Of a stretch of DNA of 32,000 bases, positions 13,101 to 23,728 are shown piece by piece. Origin of the DNA: Zygophlyctis sp. KS116 (lineage: Eukaryota > Fungi > Chytridiomycota); the NCBI GenBank assembly GCA_054661495.1, contig BAAFSQ010000057.1, positions 1 to 32,000 of the forward strand, written 5' to 3'. The position numbers and the translations under genes were made by a program. A model generated the notes under the pieces. The model did no database searches, had not been told where the DNA came from, and was given only the letters and a program-made list of their open reading frames with translations. Each line of letters starts with the position of its first letter. The stretch's first letter is position 1.

Positions 13101-13559
13101 GTCATTGCAGTTTCTAATGCGGCTGTTGAATTGTTTGAATCCAATTCTCCTACTAAAACTCCTTCTACTTTTGAATCTCCCAAAATATTCTCTGCTTTAG
13201 AATCTGCATTTTCCTCAATGTCACCATCAGCAAAAGATGGTATGATTAAAAAGGTGAATGCCGTATTTAGTTTTGACATTAAAAACTCTTCTGGAGAGTC
13301 TCAAAATTGGTTTATTGATATGGTATTTGATTTTATTTTAATATTTTAGAAAAAAGCCACTGTAGGATCTGGTACTCCATCTTCTTCCGATTTAAAAGTC
13401 TCTGTCTCTGACTCTGATTTTGTACTTTTAGCATCTGGAAAATTAAGTCCTCAGAAAGCCTTTTCTACTGGGAAAATCAAGGTTAAAGGGAATGTGATGC
13501 TAGCCACAAAGCTAGAGCCCATTTTACTATTGGCGACTGGCGGTAAAGCCAAGATTTAA
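10117..13559 (+). CDS. FOX2: Peroxisomal multifunctional beta-oxidation enzyme type 2 (two SDR dehydrogenase domains, hydratase 2, SCP2 domain; PTS1 AKI), about 11 introns
   Basis: [18 protein letters not shown] and a second [28 protein letters not shown] twice, [23 protein letters not shown], an SCP2-like segment [22 protein letters not shown], and terminal AKI*. Confidence 0.96.
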
Positions 13560-13644
13560 AGAGTGAGATTTAAAAAAGATTGCAATTCCATGAGATTGAG
13601 CCGTCGGACCATTTTCCAGTTTTGTGGTGGGAAAATTCCTAAAA

Positions 13645-16600
13645 ATGAAATTTTCTTCTCGATTTCCACTTGAAACCATTGCTGGTATTCTGATTTTAAC
13701 GGCATTCAGCTATTTTTACCTGGTTTCACATCCGCTATCTCCAGAGAAGAATGTCAGACTAATGCAAAGCGGAACTGGAAATGGAAGTATGAGTTTAACT
13801 CTAGTAATTTTCAATAATTTCCAAGAAAATGAAATTAAGAATCTGACTGCAGAAATATTATCATTACAAGTGTCCGACGCAAGAGGCAGTTTTTCACTCT
13901 TTAATAATTCTTTAATAGCATCGGCGACAGTATTTCAGGAAAGTGAAAAAATATTTTATCTTTTAATGGATACAACTCTTGACTCTGATTTACAATTGTT
14001 TAAAAAATGGGAAATGGAACTCTTAAACTTTCAATCAAGTTTAATGGGTAATTTTTGGAGTTTGGGGATGTTGGAATTAATGAGGGAATTAGAAATTACT
14101 TCAAATATTCATATAATTATTATTTGCGCTGCTTATTTAGTAATGAATTTGACGCTTTACGCGCTATTTCAAAGAATGAAGAAATTAGGATCTAGTTTTT
14201 CTTTGGGATTTAATGCATTAATTAATGGGACTTTTGGATTGGTTATGGCATTGGTTGTGACAAGACTGGCTGGAATATCTTATTCTTTTAGTCAATTAAT
14301 GGATGCAATTCCATTTTTAGTATCTACTGTTGGTTTTGAGAAATCTGTGACTTTAAGTAAAGCAGTAATAGATTCTGTTGCAGATGCAGGACCTTCAGAG
14401 TATATAAGACCAAAAATTTCAAATGCAGTTGCAAGTGTATCTTATTCAGTGATTTTAGATGGGGCTTTTGAGGTTTCTGCATTGTTATTGGCAAGTATTT
14501 TAGGTATTTAATTCAAAATTTAATGGAAAGGTCCGACTGGGATAGTTGCGGATTTTTGTCTATTGTCTGGGGTAATTGTGGCTTTTGATTGTTTCTTCTT
14601 GTTGACTTATTTTGTATCTATTTTAACCTTGAAGGTTGAGGTATTGCTAGATTTTTCTAAAGGACTTAGTTGAATCGGATTCAGGATAAAAAGTCTCCAA
14701 AGATTGTAACTGTGGATTCAGGGGCCTATACAGAGGATACAATTGAGAAAAACTGGATTTCAAGTGGAAAAATGTTTTTGGTAATATTTATCAATGTGAT
14801 TGGTAGATTTTTGTTTTTTTGGCGATTCGGGCATTAACAGCGTCAACAAAGGATTTTCAAATGTCTTTATTTCCAGAATCTAATCTGGATGGAAATTCTA
14901 CAGTTTCAAATGTTTTGTCTATTATGAATCATTCTTATCAAGTAGTCGATATAAGTATTTCGAAGCCTATAGTGATCTATTCACAATCGCAAAGGTACTC
15001 ATAATTTTTTCATTTTCTAGTATGTTTGAAGTAAAGTATGCAGATAGCAGTGACGCTGATCTATTTTGGTTTTTGAATTACAGATATCACATAATTTTCT
15101 TTACAGTAATGGCCTCTGTTATTCTTATTATGTCGATTTTGTCAATACCCTTATCGAAAAAACCCGTTAAAAAAGAAAAAGACTGCCTAAAGGATGAATT
15201 TCAACAATCAAAGAAAGAAGCCTGTTTTAAATCTGGATTTTCCCGGCTTGATTCTGCTATTGATGTACAAGATTCTGATCTCACTGACATATTGAATAAT
15301 TTAACAGAAAATCCTGACAGCGTCTCGGATGACATGATAATTTCTTTGTTAGATGCTGGTAAGATTGCTGGTTATTCTTTGGAAAAGACCTTGGGTGATT
15401 TTAATCGTGCAGTAAAGATTCGACGTCGTATTATTTGTAACTTATGATATCGTCACTAATTAACAGCGAAAACCACTAAAAGTGATATCTCACAAAGCAT
15501 GCTACCTGTTGATCATTATGACTACTCAAAGGTTCTTGGTGTATGTTGTGAAAATGTGATTGGTTACCTTCCACTTCCAGTTGGCGTTGCAGGTCCTTAT
15601 ACAATTGATGGACAAATATACCAAATACCAATGGCAACTACTGAGGGATGTCTTGTAGCTTCCACCTCTCGAGGTTGTAAAGCAATTTCAATGGGTGGAG
15701 GAGCCAAAACAGTCCTGATATCCGATGGAATGACTAGAGGACCTGTCGTAGAATTTCCATCTATAATCGATGCTGCCGAATTAAAGAAATGGATTGAAGT
15801 AAAAGGTGGGTTTGCGACGCTGAAAGAGCAATTTGAATCCACTTCCAGATTTGCAAAACTACAAAAGGTATTTTATTCTTTGCGCTTATGTTTAGATAAA
15901 AATTGCATTAGCAGGTAAACTGGTTTATCTCAGATTTACTACCACAACTGGAGATGCAATGGGGATGAATATGATTAGCAAAGGAGTTGAAAAGAGTCTA
16001 ACTTGTAATTTATCTATACTGAAGAATTAGATCTCAAACAGAAATATCCTAACATGAATGTTATTTCCCTGAGTGGAAATTATTGTACAGATAAGAAACC
16101 AGCCGCTATAAATTGGATTGAAGGGCGGGGAAAATCAGTTGTATCAGAAGCCATCATTCCCGGATCAGTAATAAAAACAGTTTTAAAGACATCTGCCAAA
16201 GCATTAGTAGAACTTAACATAAACAAAAATTTGATAGGCTCAGCCATGGCAGGCTCCATTGGAGGATTCAATGCACATGCAGCGAATATCTTGACTGCAA
16301 TTTTCCTAGCAACTGGCCAGGATCCAGCACAAAATGTAGAAAGTTCTAATTGTATTACTTTGATGGAATGGTAATTAATTCAATTTCTAAATAAAAAGCA
16401 TGGGAGAAGATTTATACATATCATGCTCAATGCCTTGTATAGAAGTTGGCACTGTTGGAGGGGGAACTTCCTTGGGACCTCAATCAGCCTGTCTAGACAT
16501 GCTTGGTGTCAAAGGTCCTAATATGACTAATCCTGGACAAAATGCTCAAACTCTAGCAAGAATAATTTGCGCATCGGTAATGGCAGGAGAATTATCACTA

Positions 16601-16728
16601 TGTTCTGCATTAGCAGGTAAATTTATAAAATTTATAAACATTCAGCTGGTCATCTAGTAAAGAGTCATTTAATCCACAACAGAGGAAATACTATAGTTCC
16701 AACACCTGGATCCTGTCTAAAGACCTAG
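13645..16728 (+). CDS. HMG1: Class I HMG-CoA reductase with N-terminal sterol-sensing membrane domain, about 9 introns
   Basis: [55 protein letters not shown] and HLVKSH..HNR. Sterol-sensing segment [10 protein letters not shown]...[12 protein letters not shown]. Confidence 0.97.
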
Positions 16729-16886
16729 GATGTATTTTGAATATTGTCTTTTTCTAGATCATACTTTATTTTTTCCAAGTGAAGAGACATTTGAATATAA
16801 TTTAGGGATAAAAAGGACAGGGAAGAGTAATAAAAAAATGAAAGACCAACTTTCCCATACATTTCGATGAATCGCATTTTTTCAGT

Positions 16887-17201
16887 ATGAGCCTTCCCCT
16901 CCAGTCGATGAGTCTGAAGCGAAGAATATCCAAAGTTGAAGAGTTACCAGACTCACTCGCTCAAATGACGATTTCCTCAAAGAGAATCATGTTGGATCTA
17001 GACATTCTCCCTCCCATTCAAATATTAGAGTACAAGTCTGATCTCCCCCCAATGACTCTAAATCCAGAGTCATCTCAACTTGTATTGTATAAATCAATTA
17101 CTCTGATTGACCAATTAAAAGAAAATCAAGAAATTAAAGAGTCAGATCCCAATGAAAAATCCAAAAATCTCAATCAAGAAATTGACATGGATTGGGAATG
17201 A
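16887..17201 (+). CDS. Small hypothetical protein (104 aa)
   Basis: ATG-initiated ORF filling the gap between HMG1 and ARL8. No recognised domain. Confidence 0.55.
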   Translation: MSLPLQSMSLKRRISKVEELPDSLAQMTISSKRIMLDLDILPPIQILEYKSDLPPMTLNPESSQLVLYKSITLIDQLKENQEIKESDPNEKSKNLNQEIDMDWE

Positions 17202-17207
17202 AATGTA

Positions 17208-17795
17208 TTAAGTCGATCGTCCCGCCTGACCTTGTTTAATTAGCCAATTCAAAGTCACATCCAAATTAACAGAATTTTTAGCAGAAATAGAGTAATAGGC
17301 AACTTCTCTTGATGTTATACTAGTTAATCCTAGTTGCTCAACCATTTGATCTACTGAAAGAGCACCTGGTAAATCATTCTTATTTCCTAAAACCAATAAT
17401 GGAATTCCAGCCAAGAGAGGTTTTTCTAGTAGAGTATGTAATTCAGTTTTTGCAGCAGGAATTTTCGAATGATCAGCTGAATCTAATACAAATACAATGA
17501 CATTTACCCCACGACAATATCTCTCCCACATTGATCTAAATCTTGCCTGACCTCCTAAATCCCATAGTTTAATGACAACAGAGCCTTTTGTAACTTTTCT
17601 CATGTTAAACCCGACTGTAGGAATCATATCTTCACTAAATGCTCCATTTGCGATTACATTGACAAGAGTTGTTTTTCCAGAATTTTGTAGTCCGACAAGC
17701 GTCAGTTCCATTTCTAAAAATCAATATTGTAAATTACCAGTCTTGAAGAAGAGGCTCTTTAGCCATACAAGGAAATTTGTTAAAAAGGAAAACAT
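17208..17795 (-). CDS. ARL8: ARF-like GTPase Arl8, 2 exons
   Basis: [19 protein letters not shown]|[48 protein letters not shown] and GNKND. 24-nt intron at 17714-17737. Confidence 0.95.
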
Positions 17796-17866
17796 GAATT
17801 TTTATTAACGCGAAAAAACAGACACAAGAGAGAATTGAACCTGGGCACTTTGCATCTAATAAAATC

Positions 17867-18097
17867 TTAAATTATAATGGCTTTATTATCAATGGATTTA
17901 TCTAGTGTCTCTAGACTTGAATTATTTTGATCCTTTACTTTGCTTACGAGATTTGATTTTTTACTCCTAAATTGTAATAATTCTCTGATTTCATTTCTTT
18001 TCCATCGGGTTTCAAATGCCAAGGAAGCTAAAACTAACCATCCACTCAATGAAAGAATTGAGGGAGTAGACTTTTTCAGAAATGCTGAAATTTGCAT
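17867..18097 (-). CDS. Small hypothetical single-pass membrane protein (~76 aa)
   Basis: ATG at 18097, one hydrophobic segment (ILSLSGWLVLASLAF) followed by a charged tail. Confidence 0.45.
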   Translation of the reverse strand: MQISAFLKKSTPSILSLSGWLVLASLAFETRWKRNEIRELLQFRSKKSNLVSKVKDQNNSSLETLDKSIDNKAIII

Positions 18098-18266
18098 TAC
18101 TTTTCTGCTAATTACTTTTCCTACTTTGCACCTAGACACTTGTACAAGTATTTCAGAGATTCATCTTTACAGTTTGCCCAAAATTACAATTTAATAAATT
18201 ATAAAGTGTTTTGATTTTGAACAATTTCCTGCCATTTTTGCCATTTGTGGCGTTTTGAGGTGGAAA

Positions 18267-20706
18267 ATGGATTTCAAGTTTAGCAAAACATTAAACGGAT
18301 CGACAATACTATTTCCGGACAATGAGAGTCAGAGATACTATAATGAGATTGCAGAAAATAAATCAAGAGGGCTAAGAAAGGAAGATGCATTAGAATGTTT
18401 TGGGCAGATGCATTCTTCAATGGATGCAATTATTAGTCTACTTTATGATGAAAAGGTACATTATGATGTGGTTTTACAAGTTTCTAATAAGAACAATTCA
18501 AGCGATGCTTTGTATCTGCAGAATCTATATATAATGGAATTATTAAAGTTTGGATGTATAATCTCTAGGGAAAACTCACCATTGAATAAGAATGTTGGGG
18601 TTTTTCTGGTTTTAATGCCATTTTGGAGACTGGTGGATGAGGCTGAAAGGATTCAGTTGAAATTGCCATTGAAATCTCATCATTTTGATGTTGTGAAAGC
18701 AAGGTTCTGGGGAGCTAATAAACGTCCGATATTTGGGATTGATCGTTGGAGAGCAAGAGATTTATACGCAGAAGTTAAAACTCTAAATGGACGATTTTCA
18801 TCGACAAGAATGAAGTATTTTTTGAATCAAAAAGGAAAAACGGATTCTGAACTTTTTTCAAGTGCCCAAAGGAATTTGCTCAGTTATAATATTTTGCATA
18901 GGATCATTATTAATTTAGATGATTTAAATTTAAAGCAAGATTCAGAACGGTTGGATTTGGATGGATTAGTGAATTTAAATGTTTTTACAACTTATTATCC
19001 ATTACATGATGGGCAGGCAGATAAATCTTTGGCTAATCCAAGATCTATTCTTAATATGTCTTGGAAGGGATGGCTTAGTCCACAACCTGTTCATTTAATA
19101 AGATCTTATTTTGGGGAGCAAATTGCATTTCATTTTGCTTGGATGGATCATGCGACTTGGTGGATGTTTATCTTGGGGATTATTGGTGTGTTTGTATTCT
19201 TTTATGGGCTAGTAAAGGCAATTATTATTAATAAGTATAATTTAATTGATTTTTAAATGCTAGGAACACTATAAATACGGATACTTTAAAGACAATTAGA
19301 AGGCAGACATTTTATTCTACTGTTTTTGATAATGAAATGACGATAGTTTTTGGTTTTATTACTTCTCTGTGGGGACTAGCTCAGGTGAAATTTTGGAAAA
19401 GAAGATCGAATTATCTCTCAGTATTTTGGACAACTGATAAATATCTAGTGGAGGAAGCACCGAGGCCTTTATGGAAATCTACAGAACGGACTCCAAATCC
19501 TATAACAGGTGAATTGGAACCACATTTTCCTACAAAACAAGTTATTAAGAAGAGAATGTTCTCTTTTCTGGGAATAATTGCAACTGTAAGATACTACTTC
19601 CTAATCAAAAGTTTCTCCTATTGGCTCTAAATGTGATGCTATATGTGATTTATAACAGTGCTATCAGAACCAAATTTGCAAAAGATATATCCATTTCAAA
19701 ATATAGCTCTCTTGTTAGTGCAGTTATATCGTTTATTACTATCCAGATACTAAGTCCCGTGTGCTCTTACATAGCATTAAAGCTTAATGACTATGAAAAT
19801 CACAAGACTAGTACCGAATATTATGACAGTTTGATTGCTAAAAGACTAACATTTGATTTTGTGAACTATTATGGGATCATTACATATTTAGCTGTGGTTC
19901 ATGTGTGGGTGCAAGCCGGTATTTTTGGACAGGCTAGTTTAATAGACGGATGTTTTAATGCAGACCCCACAGATCCTTCTGCACAATCATGTATGATGGA
20001 TTTAACTATTCAGATGGGTGTTATTTTTGTTGCTCGAGCTCAAGTGAGACATTTATTCAATTATTTAGAGCCTGTATGGACTCGTTTCGTCGAAAGTATC
20101 AAGTATGGTGGGTTAAAAGCCAGTTTTAATTCATTGGGCTCCAAGTATTCGTACAAAAGCTCTTTAAGCTCTAATATACCACAACTTTATTCCGATATGA
20201 CGCTCACTAGTGTGGACAATTGGCAAACATCTTTGGATGGATATGAGTCTGCAACTGTTCAATTTGGATTCATCATTCTCTTTTCGGTTTCCTTCCCTCT
20301 GGCGCCCATACTTGCCACGGTTCACAATATAATCCAATGGAGGATCGACGCAAATAATCTGTTAATCCGATATAAACGTCCATTCGCTCAGCAAGCAGCA
20401 AGCATTGGAGTCTGGGACGACTGGTTGGTCTTTTTGGCATATTTGGGGATCGCTATGAATGCTCTAATTCTCTCATTTACTTCGGATTACATGTTTACCG
20501 CTATTGCTTTCTTTAGCGAAAAAACAAATAATGAGCAGTGGTTCATTAGACTTGTATTTGTCCTCGTATTCGAACATGCTGTTTTGTTAGCCAATCTATT
20601 GATTCACAAACTTATATCTCATATGCCCGAAAGAGCAATTGTATCTCTCAAGAGACAAGCCTATATTGAAAAATTTCTGTCTGGAGAAATGAAAGAATTA
20701 TCTTAA
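18267..20706 (+). CDS. Anoctamin/TMEM16 family channel or scramblase, 3 exons
   Basis: YYPLHD, QPVHLIRSYFGEQIAFHFAW, FWKRR, LNDYENHKT, FDFVNYY, VQFGFIILFSVSFPLAP, RIDA, YKRP, IGVW and FEH. Confidence 0.93.
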
Positions 20707-20713
20707 GATTTTT

Positions 20714-21743
20714 CTATTTATGGTTTTCAAGTAACAATCCAGTAATAGAATCTAGATCTATAATAAATTGTTGAACTCTATCTAATTGTAAAATAGGATT
20801 AGATGTCGGAGCTACATTTTGTGCCAAGTGACTTTTTACAATATTAAATAAATTACTTGTTGCACTAATTTATTAGATTTATAGAATATTACAGTTTTAT
20901 TTGACCAATCAGTAGAGTTCTTTGACTAACACCCTTTAACATTTCTTCCGCCTCTGTCTCTAATTTTACTGATTTAAATTGCAAATCTTCATATTTTGAC
21001 TGTAATCGTGCAATTTCATTATTATAATTCAAAATAACATTATTTTTCTCTTGCATTGACTTGTTAAAGTCAGTCTTTGATTAATATTATAAATAAATTA
21101 CTCTTTCTTCTTCAGCCTTTTCTTGAGCACTCCTAGCCCTTAAAATAAGCTCCTTTTGATTAGTCTCTTTTTAAGAACCTTGTTTGTAGCTTCCAGTGTA
21201 TCAAATCTTGCAATAATATCCTTAATTTCTCCAAACTCTTCTCCAGTACTTGACAAGACTCCTTCCAAATACTTTTGATACATTAAACCTAGACATGAAC
21301 CTAAATTCTAGAATACTTTTTTCTGTAGCGACAACTTGTTTATTTCTAATCCCTGCCAATCTTGCTAAATCATTTTTCAAATAGATCAATTCTTCTTCCT
21401 TTGCCTCTTTTAATTTTTTTTCTTCTAGAGATTTACGTATTGCCCTTGTCCTTTTTGCATTATTTTCCTTTAAGAATTTATCAAATTTAAGTAGAGAGTC
21501 TTTTAATTGACCTTCTTTCCTCGACAATTCTTCCCTCCTTTGTTTTAAAGAGTCTATAGTCATTGAAAACTCATCCTTTTGTTGATTAAGCCCATTTTCC
21601 ACTTCCAACATTTCTCTTCTCTTTTCCAAAAGTCTTGTAGCTGGAGTTAACTCGTAATCTTCTTGTTCTGGAGCCTTTACAAACAACTTTTTTTCTACAT
21701 TCATTCTAAAGTGCTCTTCCATGTTTGAAAGAGTATAAGACAT
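20714..21743 (-). CDS. CFAP73: Cilia/flagella-associated coiled-coil protein CFAP73/CCDC42 family (DUF4200), about 4 introns
   Basis: LTPATRLLEKRREM.EV and LKDSLLKFDKFLKENNAKRTRA. Spliced continuation ...GQIKLATSNLFNIV...QLDRVQQFIIDL, ending at TAG 20714-20716. Confidence 0.82.
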
Positions 21744-21819
21744 TTTCGGATAATTCAGTAGAGAATGACATAGTCGGCTTATTAGTGCAGGATCAGCAGG
21801 ATCACAGTAGTATGCGCCG

Positions 21820-21875
21820 ATAACTCTTAAAGGGAATAATTCTTATAACTCTTAAAGGGAATAATTCTTATAACT
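21820..21875. repeat. Perfect 25-bp tandem duplication in the CFAP73/UBE3D divergent promoter
   Basis: ATAACTCTTAAAGGGAATAATTCTT at 21820-21844 and 21845-21869, followed by ATAACT. Confidence 0.9.
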
Positions 21876-21901
21876 GGCAGGAGTCAAGGGCAGGGTTACC
21901 G

Positions 21902-22955
21902 ATGCAATTCGTTGAATTTTTGCCAAACTTAAGCTCAAAAACCATTTTCAAACCCAAAAGCATTTGCAAAGTAAAATCTGATCATGAAAATCTATCAAAT
22001 TCTAAAATAGACTTTGACAGTTTTACTAGCATCAACTGCTCATCATGTCAGAATCTACTCTTGTTTAATAATCTGGAAATCAAAAATGCTCCTTCAGAGT
22101 ACTGGTATGATCTTTTAGACTGTTGGGCTTGTCATGATGAAGACTACAATTCTAAACTTAAAGGTCATAAAAATGGAAAGATTTTGGCTAAAAAAGGAAT
22201 CTTATTACTCTCTGACTCTAAATTACTGATTCATAAAACTGATTTTCAAGAAAATTGTCTGATTGTAAGTTATTAAAAATTTGAAAAATTTGAAAAAAAA
22301 TTAGCAAGGATAAATAGAAATGGCTTTTTAGATTCTAGAAAGCCTGATACAATTATCCAAAAATGATAAATCTCAGACACCTTTCATGATGCAAGAAATG
22401 TCATGGATGCTACATATGATTTTACAATTACTTTATTCTTTAGAATCTCGTATAGATTTACTAAAAATTTAGGTGGCTGATACTATTGTTCAGTGTAAGG
22501 AATGTTTAAGTACGATTGGGGAGTGTATAGAGTCTGAAATTTCTCTTTATATGTACTCTATAATCTTTAAAAATGATTATTGTGAATATTATAGGCCTTG
22601 GGTCTATTATTTTTCTAAAAAATTACTAGATTCGGCAGTTGCTTATTCTAGTTATAAGAGTATTGTGATTTCTGATGATAGGAAATTACTGGTTTGGGTC
22701 ATTCATTGGGATGTTTGGATAAATTCTGTTGATGAAGTACAGGATTTAGCAAAAATTCCTCTTTTCCCAGCACTTAAAGTCATGTACAAGGAATCTAGTG
22801 ATTCTGACTTTCAAGTTTCAAATGATAAATCCGTAGAAACGAGATCAGTCACATCTGATCAATACATTGAACTATTAAATCATTTAGAATCTAGTTTTCC
22901 AGGCTCTGATTTGAAAGTATCAACTGGATTCAAAATAGGTTATCTCCGACTTTAA
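21902..22955 (+). CDS. UBE3D: UBE3D/Ipa1 family (HECT_2, E2-binding) protein; exons 21902-22264 and 22473-22955
   Basis: CSSC..L, PSEYWYDLLDCWACH, CKEC..TIG, LLVW...D and ALKVMY. The phase-0 intron 22265-22472 joins the two ORFs in frame. Confidence 0.85.
22308..22429 (+). ncRNA. Intronic box H/ACA guide RNA (snoRNA/scaRNA) predicted to pseudouridylate U2 snRNA; 5' pocket equivalent to yeast snR81
   Basis: Hairpin 1: GGATAA/TTATCC lower stem and 10-bp upper stem 22322-22331/22335-22344. H box AAATGA at 22361-22366. Hairpin 2: AAATC/GATTT and TTCATGAT/GTCATGGA. ACA at 22424-22426. Pockets AGAA..GATAC and CAGA..CTACAT are complementary to conserved U2 GUGUAGUAUCUGUUCU, at 15 and 14 nt from the H and ACA boxes. 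Confidence 0.82.
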
Positions 22956-23164
22956 ATCGCGTGGCTGCATGTCCTTATCAGGTGACCGGTACTCCGGAGG
23001 GGTAAGCGTGTATATAACTGGTAGAGGCTGATGTACTGATTGATGGATGAATAGGATAGATTGATTTTTCCAGGCTCAAAAGTATAAAAAATAGAAAATA
23101 TAAGGGAAAAATAGATTTTTAAATTTTTTAAATTTTTTTAAATTTAATCAGAGTATCACTGTAA

Positions 23165-23728
23165 ATGAATTTTACTCTTGAAGGAGAATGCATATCTTCT
23201 ACCGCGATTCCTCTCTTGTCCAATCAAAAGATTCGCAAGATGGAGACAAATAAAGGAATTTCGGACATGAAACTACAGGTTTCAAATTCCAAGAAATCAT
23301 TATCTGCTAAAATACTTCCTGGAGATTGGATATGCAATGGATGTCAATTAAATAACTTTGCTGCAAGATTAAAATGCATCAACTGTGGTTCTTCCCATGC
23401 AGGTGCCATCAGACCGATTGATAGAGCAGGAGATTGGACGTGTCCCAATGACTCTTGTAGATTTCATAATTTTGCTAATAGGAGGGAATGTCATAAATGT
23501 GGTGCTAGAAAGCCAATCAAAAATATTCAAACTCTTAAATCAGGAGATTGGATTTGCTCAAAACCTTCCTGTCTAGCTCATAATTTTGCTAAGAGGACTG
23601 CTTGTTTTCAATGCGGATCTATTCCAACCTCTAATGAATCTACAAAAAATTCAAATCTAAAAACCTTTCTTATGGATTATGGTGAATCTCTATTTTCTTC
23701 ACAAAATCCATTTTCTCCGTATGGATAA
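23165..23728 (+). CDS. Protein with three RanBP2-type zinc fingers (likely RNA-binding)
   Basis: GDWICNGCQLNNFAARLKCINC, GDWTCPNDSCRFHNFANRRECHKC and GDWICSKPSCLAHNFAKRTACFQC. Start uncertain. Confidence 0.9.
   Translation: MNFTLEGECISSTAIPLLSNQKIRKMETNKGISDMKLQVSNSKKSLSAKILPGDWICNGCQLNNFAARLKCINCGSSHAGAIRPIDRAGDWTCPNDSCRFHNFANRRECHKCGARKPIKNIQTLKSGDWICSKPSCLAHNFAKRTACFQCGSIPTSNESTKNSNLKTFLMDYGESLFSSQNPFSPYG

Noticed and set aside
13559-13645. FOX2-HMG1 adjacency as a lipid gene cluster
   Set aside because: Two housekeeping genes in different pathways with no synteny evidence. Chance adjacency is sufficient.
21895-21908. RFX X-box-like GTTACCGATGCAAT upstream of CFAP73
   Set aside because: The second half-site is mismatched and it overlaps the UBE3D start codon, so support is too weak.
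22308-22358. Alternative identities for the intronic hairpin: RNase P/MRP P3-like domain, TPP riboswitch, SECIS or box C/D snoRNA
   Set aside because: No TPP CUGAGA core, no C box followed by a D box, no convincing SECIS geometry. H/ACA boxes with two correctly spaced U2-complementary pockets explain the whole element better.
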